DNA of 20,000 nt, from the IMG/VR virus record IMGVR_UViG_3300027631_000011; one strand, written 5' to 3'. The stretch's first letter is position 1, and each line of letters begins with the position of its first letter. The notes beneath the pieces were generated by a model. It did not search any database. It saw nothing but the letters and a program-made list of their open reading frames with translations, and was not told the DNA's origin. The DNA comes from an uncultured virus (IMG/VR IMGVR_UViG_3300027631_000011) (Duplodnaviria; Heunggongvirae; Uroviricota; Caudoviricetes). Below are positions 1-8,338 of this stretch, piece after piece. The translations under genes and the position numbers were made by a program.

Positions 1-1664
1 GGAGCTCCATCAATGATTGCAGGAGTAAATATTCTATCGGCAGATAATCCCGCTTTAATTACGGCATCGGCCCCAATTGTTAATAAATTGTTCTTAGGGT
101 CTAAGTGAAATAATGATGAACTAATTTCTATGTTAGAATCAGAACCACTTATAAATTGTGAGTTTTCTGTACCAATGAAAAACTTATCTGTTTTAACATC
201 TAACAAACCACCATTTGCGGTTGTGAATATAAGGTGTCTTTCATCGTTATCACCGATGAATTGCATACCAACACCTTCTAAGGTATCCGCACCCATTTGT
301 AGATTACCAGAACCACTATAGATTACAAATCCACCTGGAGCTTTTCCTAAAGATGCTGATGTTTGTCCTTCAAATCCCACAGAACGCATAAACCCACTAC
401 TCGCACCACCAAGTTCTATACCAGTTCCTACAGTATTAGATACGAAGATAGAACCACTAATTAAGTTTTGTGAACCACCAATATAGGAATTACCACCTTG
501 AAATACAAATGGGCCTATATTAGTTTCTGTTCTTGATATCTCACCAATTGAGTTAAGATATTGTATTTTTAATAATTTAGGGTCTTGTAAGTTTTCAGAT
601 GGCATTGGTATCTTCACACTAAATGAAGAACTAAATGGTACTGCCACTTCGTTTAATAATTCAAACTCACCCGGTAACCCATCTGATTTTTGAAGTACTT
701 TTATTTTATCAACCACACCAACTATCGGGTCTACATTGTTAAACGAAATGTTTACAAAAGAACGTTGATTTTCCGTAGATACGTTTGAGCTAGTTCTAAA
801 ATACTCTATCTTATAGTCAGACTCTTCTACAGAATCATAAGTATGTTTTAACCCTTCTCTATTTTGAAAAGAAGCAGTGTATGGGTTATTTAACTGAATC
901 GTTGTTGTGTTAGTTACTCTCTTAATAGAACCACTAAAGAAATTTAAATTAGTAGGTTCTTCTTTTGATTTAGGAGTAGCTGGAGTTGTAAAGTTTGATA
1001 AAAGAATAGAACTATCTTGCATCTCTTGATTAAAAGTAGTACCATCTGTTATCTGTACAATTGGAGTCTTACCTTTAAATATGTATCTAACTTTACCTTC
1101 TTGAACGGTTAAATCTAAATCATTACCACTCTGTGGTTGATTTTGATAACTTTCAATACTTTCAGATAATATTAGTGATGGAGTTATCCCATTTGAATTA
1201 AAGATAATAGGAGTTGTACTACTTCTATCTCTATCAACGTTTACTTTAGTCTGCCATCTTACATTAAGTTTGTTTTTGTAAGAAGCTGGTACTGGTAATC
1301 CATCTACATCATTATTAGCCACACCAACTAATGTAATAGTAGCCTCACCGTTTGGAGTATTATCATCACCTTTATCATGATATACCCAAATGGAAATTAC
1401 CCTACTCTTATCATCTTCGATATAATCGGGTATTTCATAATATATAGGGTTTCCGTTAGAATCCCTAACATCTATAAATATTTGTGTGTCTTCTTTTAGG
1501 TTAGTAGGGTGACCTGAAATCTTAATAAGGTTCTTACCCTTTGTAAGTATTTGTGGTACATCTGATACTCTAAAATAATTAGGCGATGATGATGTCTTAT
1601 CATCAACTAATACTGTTATGTTATCAACTCTATCTCTAAAAGATTTTTTAAAAACTAAAGGCAT
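1..1664 (-). CDS. Large virion/tail-associated protein, 3' end beyond the left edge (>=554 aa)
   Basis: Absent from the ORF track. ATG at 1664 preceded by GGAG (atGGAGattgaATG). Translates MPLVFKKSFRDRVDNITVLVDDKTSSSPNYFRVSDVPQILTKGKNLIKISGHP... and the same frame reads ...QFISGSDSNIEISSSLFHLDPKNNLLTIGADAVIKAGLSADRIFTPAIIDGA at the edge. I translated both ends and several internal stretches by hand and found no stop. G/S/T/N-rich beta-type composition; the function is inferred. Confidence 0.8.
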   Translation of the reverse strand, partial: MPLVFKKSFRDRVDNITVLVDDKTSSSPNYFRVSDVPQILTKGKNLIKISGHPTNLKEDTQIFIDVRDSNGNPIYYEIPDYIEDDKSRVISIWVYHDKGDDNTPNGEATITLVGVANNDVDGLPVPASYKNKLNVRWQTKVNVDRDRSSTTPIIFNSNGITPSLILSESIESYQNQPQSGNDLDLTVQEGKVRYIFKGKTPIVQITDGTTFNQEMQDSSILLSNFTTPATPKSKEEPTNLNFFSGSIKRVTNTTTIQLNNPYTASFQNREGLKHTYDSVEESDYKIEYFRTSSNVSTENQRSFVNISFNNVDPIVGVVDKIKVLQKSDGLPGEFELLNEVAVPFSSSFSVKIPMPSENLQDPKLLKIQYLNSIGEISRTETNIGPFVFQGGNSYIGGSQNLISGSIFVSNTVGTGIELGGASSGFMRSVGFEGQTSASLGKAPGGFVIYSGSGNLQMGADTLEGVGMQFIGDNDERHLIFTTANGGLLDVKTDKFFIGTENSQFISGSDSNIEISSSLFHLDPKNNLLTIGADAVIKAGLSADRIFTPAIIDGA

Positions 1665-1690
1665 TCAATCTCCATCTATTCTTTTTATAA

Positions 1691-4600
1691 CTATAAATAT
1701 CTAATTGATGAAAATCCATCAACTTTTGTGATATCAATAATTTGGTCTACCATATCTCTTGTTTTATCGATATGGGAAATTGTAACTATAAAATCAAATT
1801 GATTCTTTAGGTAATCGAATAATAAATATAGAGAATTAAAGTTATCCGTATCTAAAGAACCAAATCCTTCATCAATTGCTATGAAGTTTGGACGTGGTAA
1901 ATTTGATACATTTACTAATGCGGTTCTGATAGCCACAGATGAAATAAATTTCTCCATACCACTTGTTAACTCTAATGGCCAAAACTCATCCGTTCCGTAT
2001 GCGATAGATGAATTTATATTTCTACCATCTGTACTTAGTATGATTTGAAAATCTACAATAGGTTGTAATATATTATTTATCTCTACTTCTAACTTAGGAA
2101 GTATGTCTGAAATCAACTGATATGGTATCCCATCTCTCTTTACACATTGCAGATAATATTCATATCCTTCATATTTTTTTTCCATACCTTCCAACTTATC
2201 AATAGAATCATTTACAGTTTGAATAGTATTTTCAGCAATTCGTATATTACCATTAATATCAATTATTTCATCATTTATTTCAAATATTACAGAATCAATT
2301 TCATCTAAATCTTCTTTATATTTAATAATTTGATTTTGTATTTTTTCATTATGCTCTACAGATTCCTTCTGTTCTAAAGATTTATCTATATCATCTACAA
2401 CGGATTTTAGTTTTGTTTTTAACTCAGTATGTTCTAAATTACAAGATTTATTAGTTAGTTCTAACTTATCTTTTTTAATCTGTAGTGAGTCTTTTTTTGT
2501 TTTTAAATCCTGTATAGTATTTAATACACTGGTAACATCATATTTAAATTTATCTAAATTTAATTTTTTTATTTCGTTATTTTTAGATATAATTGAGTTT
2601 TTCAAAGTAATTATTTCTGATTCTAAAGATTGGGCCTTTTTTGCAAATGGTGTATTTTGATTCTTTACACAATGTTCACAGTCATCATCAAATGATAACG
2701 AACCAATTCCATCTAAATGCTCTGTAGCGTGTTCTAAATCAGAATTAAGTACCTTTATCTCAGAATCTATCACCTCTACTCTATTTACAATAGTCTCATA
2801 CTGTAAGTGTTTTGTTTTCAATTCCAACAAATCATACGAATTATATTTAAATTCTACTTCGCTGAGTTCATCGGTTAAATTACTTAACTCACCCGCATAT
2901 CCAACACATTCTTCTGATTTTTCTGATATCTTAGTGGCTAATTCATTTTGTAATTGTATTAGAGATTCTGTATCTATTACTGTATTATCTACCGATTTTA
3001 ACTTTGATGTTAAGTCATAAATATTAGAACGAGTTTTAACTCTTTTATCGTTATATTCCTCAAATCTACGTTTTGTAGATTTTAGTATAATAGTATTCTC
3101 TTTTAATTCTTTCTTAGCATCTACCAACTTATCAGTAAAGTTTTGGTTCTTATAATCTTTTAGTAGAGCACTTAACTCTCTAATCTCTTCGTTGGCTATT
3201 TGATACAGTTCTTCAAATATATTCATATCTAAGAATTGGGCAAGTAGTTCTTTTTTTTCTTTCTGTGATTTCTCAATGAACCCACTACTGTTAGATTGGT
3301 TAGACATTGCGGTTAGTATAAAATCTTCATATGAACCAACATATTGTCTAATGATAGAGTTGGTATCTCTCCTCTCTTCACCATTCAATGAATGAGTAAC
3401 ACCATCTATAATACAATAAAAATCAACATCAACCTTTACAGTTCCCCTCTTAGGTGATTTCTTACCAATCCTTTCAATAAAGTAATCAACACCGTTTATT
3501 TCAAAATTTATCTTACAATTAAACTTTGATTTAGAATAGTTTAGTACATCCAATGCTTTGTTTGTACGAGAACATTTATCAAATAAACAGAATGATAGAG
3601 CATCCCATAGTGATGATTTACCACTAGCGTTTGGAGCGAAGATTCCATAAGCACCTTTCATTTGTGAGAAATCAACTACATTGTTTGTACCATATGAAAA
3701 CATATTAGAAAACTCAAATGTTTTTGGTTTCCATATAATATTCTTCAGACCCGGTCGAGCTCCTAACTTATTGTTGATATCTTGATTAATACCACCAATA
3801 ATCTCTAATTCTTCTTTACCAACCACATATCTATCCGATAGATAACCTTCTATAAGTTGGTTTTGAAATGCGATATCTCTTACATTCTGAAGAACTATAG
3901 ATGATGTTTGAGAACCATCCTTTGTATCAGCTAATACCTTCTGTATTGATACTTCTTGTACTTTTGTTTTAGATTTTAACTCAGATAATATTTTTTTTAA
4001 TTGAGATTGAGATGTATCTTTTGCTCTAATTCTCATTCGAGATTTGTTTGGTATCTTTGGATTACCAATTACCTTACCATCCTCAACATCAATGGTCACA
4101 TACCCATAATCGTTGTGAATTGGAACGAATTCCGATTCTTTGGTTTGAACATCCCATACTAAGATTCCATGCTCAGGATACTTAGCTTCAGCATGATTCT
4201 GCATAATTGTAGAACCACAATACTTAATCGTACCCTCATCGTTTAGTGATTGATTTGGTACGTGAATATCACCTAATAGTACTAAATCGTATCCATCAAA
4301 TGAATCTACTTTTACGTTTTTATTCTCTAATTGGAATCCGTATTCTGTTTTTACCTTATCGACAGGAGCGTGATATAAAGCAATCTTATAATCACCATGT
4401 ACCTCTTCAGATGGAATAATCTCCTTAGATTCCCCAAAAACCGATGAGTGTGAAAAGGAAATTCCACCCATCTTCCAAACTCCATCATCCTTCAGATAAT
4501 GTAGATTTGAATGGTTTAGTGCATTTACTATTGGTGATAACGCATCTAATCGAGATGGGTTATTTAGGTTAGCATCGTGGTTACCTGGTATCAAAATGGT

Positions 4601-4861
4601 TGGTAACATATCTGATAAGTTCTTTAGAAATGTTTGTGTCATCTCTATAACTTCAGGAGTCATATCCGTTTTTGCGTGAACAATATCCCCACAAAGAACG
4701 ATAACACTATCATCAGTTTTGGTGGTTTTTATGTACTCATAAAGGTTTTCGAATACTTCTCTATACTCTTTATGTCTTTTTAAATTTCTTATATGTACAT
4801 CTGCTATGTGGTAAATCTTTTTGATTGTACCATCATACTTAATTCTTTTTGATTTTCTCAT
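1691..4861 (-). CDS. Fused Mre11/SbcD (gp47-like) nuclease and Rad50/SbcC (gp46-like) SMC ATPase, 1056 aa
   Basis: N-terminal metallophosphoesterase motifs: HIADVH, LCGDIVH, IPGNHD, ALYH, LLGDIH, YCGS. C-terminal part: Walker A APNASGKSS, long coiled coil with central zinc hook CEHC (2669-2680), signature LTSGMEK, Walker B/D-loop FIAIDEGFGSLD, H-switch TISH. Start overlaps the primase stop (ATGA). Confidence 0.95.
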   Translation of the reverse strand: MRKSKRIKYDGTIKKIYHIADVHIRNLKRHKEYREVFENLYEYIKTTKTDDSVIVLCGDIVHAKTDMTPEVIEMTQTFLKNLSDMLPTILIPGNHDANLNNPSRLDALSPIVNALNHSNLHYLKDDGVWKMGGISFSHSSVFGESKEIIPSEEVHGDYKIALYHAPVDKVKTEYGFQLENKNVKVDSFDGYDLVLLGDIHVPNQSLNDEGTIKYCGSTIMQNHAEAKYPEHGILVWDVQTKESEFVPIHNDYGYVTIDVEDGKVIGNPKIPNKSRMRIRAKDTSQSQLKKILSELKSKTKVQEVSIQKVLADTKDGSQTSSIVLQNVRDIAFQNQLIEGYLSDRYVVGKEELEIIGGINQDINNKLGARPGLKNIIWKPKTFEFSNMFSYGTNNVVDFSQMKGAYGIFAPNASGKSSLWDALSFCLFDKCSRTNKALDVLNYSKSKFNCKINFEINGVDYFIERIGKKSPKRGTVKVDVDFYCIIDGVTHSLNGEERRDTNSIIRQYVGSYEDFILTAMSNQSNSSGFIEKSQKEKKELLAQFLDMNIFEELYQIANEEIRELSALLKDYKNQNFTDKLVDAKKELKENTIILKSTKRRFEEYNDKRVKTRSNIYDLTSKLKSVDNTVIDTESLIQLQNELATKISEKSEECVGYAGELSNLTDELSEVEFKYNSYDLLELKTKHLQYETIVNRVEVIDSEIKVLNSDLEHATEHLDGIGSLSFDDDCEHCVKNQNTPFAKKAQSLESEIITLKNSIISKNNEIKKLNLDKFKYDVTSVLNTIQDLKTKKDSLQIKKDKLELTNKSCNLEHTELKTKLKSVVDDIDKSLEQKESVEHNEKIQNQIIKYKEDLDEIDSVIFEINDEIIDINGNIRIAENTIQTVNDSIDKLEGMEKKYEGYEYYLQCVKRDGIPYQLISDILPKLEVEINNILQPIVDFQIILSTDGRNINSSIAYGTDEFWPLELTSGMEKFISSVAIRTALVNVSNLPRPNFIAIDEGFGSLDTDNFNSLYLLFDYLKNQFDFIVTISHIDKTRDMVDQIIDITKVDGFSSIRYL
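1692..1700 (-). promoter_or_regulatory. Putative late-promoter motif ATATTTATA
   Basis: Overlaps the last codons of Mre11-Rad50, 27 nt before the ATG of the structural gene that follows the replication block. Confidence 0.45.
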
Positions 4862-5790
4862 ACACCTAATAACTTATACTCCATTAACTTTCTTAGTGAA
4901 AGTAATTCAGTATTTTTTATTTTTTCATTAATAGTTTTAAAACCCATATCTGATGGGTCTGAATCTTTTAGTTCAACGATGTGAACTCCCACTCCATTAT
5001 TCATAAGGGATTCTGCGAATCGGAGTGAGTTCTTAAAAGCATCTGAATCTAATGCTAGATATACACTTTTAACACCCTTACTAATTATTTTCTTTTGTAG
5101 TTCCGATTGTGGTGATTTACCGAACAATGGAATACTATTCATTCTAACTGCTATAGCATCAAACACTCCCTCACAAATTACAATTGGCATATCCCAATTA
5201 ACAAACATCTCAAACCCAACTACATCTTTAGATACATCTGGATTCTTATGTTTAAATGTTGTATCATAAAAACTTCTACCTACAAAATAATTTAACATAC
5301 CATTCTCATCATACGATGGTACGATTATTTTATGTTTGTATATTCCTTCCTCACAGTACCCTATTTGATACTTTATCACCTCTGCTGGGGTTACACCCCT
5401 TCTGTTCAAATAAGATAGAGCGTGTTTCTTTATAATCGATGTAGAAGGTTTCCACAAAGGAATATATTCAGATGGAAGTTGAACTACCTTAGATTGTTCG
5501 GTAGTTGTATCTGTTCTGTATCTATACTTTCTTTTGAATATGGAGTTATGCTCATCCCATACTTCTTTAGATACTTTAAGTTTTCTGAAAAGGGAACGGA
5601 TTGATTTACCTTTCTCATCAGATATCCAACAGTGCCATGGGTTATCGGCATTGGAATTTAACTTTATGTTTATCTCCAATTTAGGTTTATGATGATTCAC
5701 AAACGGAGACCAAAACGCATAGTTATCGCCTGATGTTTTCTTAGCTTTACCTAAGACTGATTCTAATAAAGATAGCAGCTTTTCTTCCAT
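4858..5790 (-). CDS. dnaG: DNA primase, DnaG/TOPRIM type, 310 aa
   Basis: YLNRRG..YQIGY, IIVPSYDENG..YFVGR, TOPRIM ICEGVFDAI, DxD in LALDSDA, and DPSD. The N-terminal zinc-binding region is degenerate (SPFVNHH...WHCWIS). Confidence 0.92.
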   Translation of the reverse strand: MEEKLLSLLESVLGKAKKTSGDNYAFWSPFVNHHKPKLEINIKLNSNADNPWHCWISDEKGKSIRSLFRKLKVSKEVWDEHNSIFKRKYRYRTDTTTEQSKVVQLPSEYIPLWKPSTSIIKKHALSYLNRRGVTPAEVIKYQIGYCEEGIYKHKIIVPSYDENGMLNYFVGRSFYDTTFKHKNPDVSKDVVGFEMFVNWDMPIVICEGVFDAIAVRMNSIPLFGKSPQSELQKKIISKGVKSVYLALDSDAFKNSLRFAESLMNNGVGVHIVELKDSDPSDMGFKTINEKIKNTELLSLRKLMEYKLLGV

Positions 5791-5797
5791 ATTGTTT

Positions 5798-5829
5798 TAA
5801 ATATACAAAAAATATTTGAATTAACCAAA
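5798..5829 (-). promoter_or_regulatory. Putative Bacteroidota-type primary-sigma promoter (-33 TTTG, 20 nt, -7 TATATTTA) upstream of the primase
   Basis: Minus strand reads cTTTG-gttaattcaaatattttttg-TATATTTA-aaacaat-ATG. The Bacteroidota consensus is TTTG-N19-21-TAnnTTTG; one mismatch at the last base. Confidence 0.55.
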
Positions 5830-6246
5830 GAAATTTACTTTTTCTTTTTCATCTATCCATTCTTGTGGGATTTCTTTTTTAGCCCATTTGAATCCGTTCT
5901 TATCACACCATTGTGCGTATGTGGTTTTAGAACCTTTGTATATTTTAGAATTTGGGGATTGTAGTACGAACCTTAAATCCATATCAGGATTCTGTTCTTT
6001 TATATGTAAATGTTTTTTTCTATCTTCTGGTAAGAACCAACCTTTTGATTCTATAAAGATATTATTAGGTAATCTGAAATCAGGTTTGTAAGTATGATGA
6101 GTTGCTGGAATTGTATATGATACTTCGTGCTTTTCGTATTCACCATCAATACCTTGTGATTGTAATTGTTCATCGATGCGAGTTTCTAACCCACTTTTAT
6201 GACCTTTCATCTTTTGGATGTGAGACCAATTTCCTTTTTTATTCAT
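5821..6246 (-). CDS. T7 endonuclease I-like Holliday junction resolvase, 141 aa
   Basis: KSGLE..I..QL, YTIPATHHTYKPDFRLPNNIFIESKG (PD-(D/E)xK), DRKKHL.IKEQ.P.MDLRFV, IYKGSKTTYAQWC.KNGF, IPQEW. These follow the T7 gp3 motifs in order. Confidence 0.93.
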   Translation of the reverse strand: MNKKGNWSHIQKMKGHKSGLETRIDEQLQSQGIDGEYEKHEVSYTIPATHHTYKPDFRLPNNIFIESKGWFLPEDRKKHLHIKEQNPDMDLRFVLQSPNSKIYKGSKTTYAQWCDKNGFKWAKKEIPQEWIDEKEKVNFFG

Positions 6247-6262
6247 AACTTATTTTTTTATT

Positions 6263-8308
6263 TTACTTAAATCTACTGGTGTATTGATGTGGTTTTGGTA
6301 ATACCTCTGAAGAATTCAAATCATCAATTTCTTGTTGACTAACAGTTTGTTCAATTGCTTCTAAACTATCACCTACTAAAATATCAGGCCTATCCAATTT
6401 ACCCCAAACATATTTACTTGTAAGTTCACCATTTTCTTTTATTGATTGAACCTCAGTAACTGTAGCTGGTCTACCACTCATTAAAGAACCAGTACCAGGA
6501 GTTCCAAATACACCATCCATATCCATTCTAACCTTAACAGTTATATCTACATCACTTCTATTTTGAATTGCCGATGCTAATTTACCAACTGCAATTAAAT
6601 CACCATTTGGATTATACAATCCAACTGTAGTGAAATAGTTTTTAAAATCTGAACCAGTTACGAATCCTTTCATTATAGAACTCTCTGAATCATTATTTAG
6701 TTTTAATGTTGGATTTTGAGATACATTGAATTCATCTGCTCCAACTTCACACAATATATTTATTTCATGTAATTGTTTGGATGATTTATATTTCGTTCTC
6801 CATCCATAATTAGATGAGAATCTCTCTTGTCCAATTTGAATATTACCATAATCCCAATTTCCATTTTGACCAGACCAGATGTATCTATATTTTGGTCTTG
6901 GGTCTGATACAACCATTATTCCATGATTGTAAAATACTTCACCTACTACATTTGTTTGATATGCAGAACCTGTAAGATAATCATTGTTACCCAATCCTTT
7001 TATTTCAGATTCAGTTAATCCTTTATTGTAAATACGAACTTCATCTAATGAACCACTTAACTGTCCGTAAGATGATACTGAATCTTCAAACCATCCATCT
7101 GATAATGCTTTACTACCTAATAATATATCGTATTGATTTGATATACCTCTCATTTTTATAGAACCACTAATATCAGTTGGAAGTGAACCTGTATTTTCTT
7201 TAACACCATCAATCCATAGTTCCATATGAGAACCAGTTTTATTAAAACAGATATGGTGTGGTAAGTTATCATTTATTTTGGTTGTTGAGTCTGTTATTAT
7301 GCGTGTATTTCCGTTTGATAAAGATATTCTAACCTTACCATCATTAGAACCTACGTTTTGATTATGAACTTCTATATCAAATGGAAATATTGGAGTAGGA
7401 ATATTTCTTCTTCTTAGAACATCCTTTCCTTTACTATCTTGTCCATAATCTTTTTGAGTACCTCTTTTAGATATCAAAGAATTTTGATTACCAGTAGTAT
7501 CTTTTTGAGTTGTAGGTAACTTAGCCCAAAAGGAAAGTGAATAATTGTTTGTTTCAAAAAACTTATAATTAGATTTATTATCTATTCTGATATAGGAATC
7601 TACACCATTAAAGGTTGCTTTTGTTCCTGATGGTAGTTGGAAATCACCAGTAGTTGGAATACCATTGGTATAGTTTATATTTTTACCATACCCATTATTT
7701 AAGTAACCACTTCTATCTTCTATAACATTATCAATGTTAGTAGTTCTATTTACAACCTCATCGTTAAATCCCCAATAACCAATTAAATTTCCAAATGGAA
7801 CATACGAACCAGTATCTAAACCATCATCATATAAATGGCCGTGGAATTCATCAACTTTTTTATCTTTTATAATTATAGAATCACAATTAGATGAAGTCAT
7901 AGAGAAATCAATAACTTCTACTGTTCCAAATCTAACACCATCCCCTAATCTGTTTTGTGGTATAGAAAATATAGATGCGGATGCGTATAAATCTCTTTCA
8001 GTTCTAGGCCTATGTTTGAAAAACATTTGATTGAGGCTAGACCATACGACTTTTTGATGTTTTACTTTTAAAAAATCTGTTGATTTGGAATCGGAATTAT
8101 CAATCTGGTCTACTTCTCTATATGCTGGTAGGTTGATTGATTCGGAAACATTAATCTTTTCTCCAAAATTTGGGGATATACCTTTTATAACGGAAGTCTG
8201 ATATGAATCTGTTCTAAAATTCAAATCAGTAACTACCCATCTTTTATAGGTGTTGAATGGTCTTAATTGAGTGCCACCCCCATTGATTGGTTTGTAAGCT
8301 GTTGCCAT
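6263..8308 (-). CDS. Virion/baseplate protein with an internal LamG (concanavalin A-like) domain and a tail-collar-like C-terminal region, 681 aa
   Basis: LamG motifs LIGYWGFND, IEDRSG..NNG, FNGVDSYI, YSLSFWAK, PHHICF, LWIDG, GSLDEVRIYNKGLTESEI (about 6992-7792). The C-terminal TTVGLYN.NGDLIAVGKL is shared with the neighbouring 352-aa protein. Confidence 0.8.
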   Translation of the reverse strand: MATAYKPINGGGTQLRPFNTYKRWVVTDLNFRTDSYQTSVIKGISPNFGEKINVSESINLPAYREVDQIDNSDSKSTDFLKVKHQKVVWSSLNQMFFKHRPRTERDLYASASIFSIPQNRLGDGVRFGTVEVIDFSMTSSNCDSIIIKDKKVDEFHGHLYDDGLDTGSYVPFGNLIGYWGFNDEVVNRTTNIDNVIEDRSGYLNNGYGKNINYTNGIPTTGDFQLPSGTKATFNGVDSYIRIDNKSNYKFFETNNYSLSFWAKLPTTQKDTTGNQNSLISKRGTQKDYGQDSKGKDVLRRRNIPTPIFPFDIEVHNQNVGSNDGKVRISLSNGNTRIITDSTTKINDNLPHHICFNKTGSHMELWIDGVKENTGSLPTDISGSIKMRGISNQYDILLGSKALSDGWFEDSVSSYGQLSGSLDEVRIYNKGLTESEIKGLGNNDYLTGSAYQTNVVGEVFYNHGIMVVSDPRPKYRYIWSGQNGNWDYGNIQIGQERFSSNYGWRTKYKSSKQLHEINILCEVGADEFNVSQNPTLKLNNDSESSIMKGFVTGSDFKNYFTTVGLYNPNGDLIAVGKLASAIQNRSDVDITVKVRMDMDGVFGTPGTGSLMSGRPATVTEVQSIKENGELTSKYVWGKLDRPDILVGDSLEAIEQTVSQQEIDDLNSSEVLPKPHQYTSRFK

Positions 8309-8338
8309 GCGGTTTCATTATCGTTCTTAAAATATTAC

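Noticed and set aside
1685..1693. Possible stop-codon reassignment: Mre11-Rad50 ends in TAG with a TAA two codons later
   Set aside because: All genes are full length and tightly packed in the standard code, with no fragmentation at TAG or TGA. One TAG stop and one TGA stop both fall at natural C-termini.
1691..5790. Intein or intron in Mre11-Rad50 or the primase
   Set aside because: No intein splice motifs or homing endonuclease signature seen. The length is explained by the fusion and the coiled coil.
1691..6246. Reading nuclease + SMC ATPase + TOPRIM as an anti-phage defence system (Wadjet, Lamassu, Gabija or OLD-like)
   Set aside because: The TOPRIM protein has the DnaG primase core, the ATPase has a Rad50 zinc hook and an Mre11 partner, and the context is a phage structural operon. 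Ordinary phage replication and recombination explains it better.
8309..8338. AATATTTTA upstream of the 681-aa gene as a third late promoter
   Set aside because: Imperfect match, different spacing and an AT-rich background make it unsupported.
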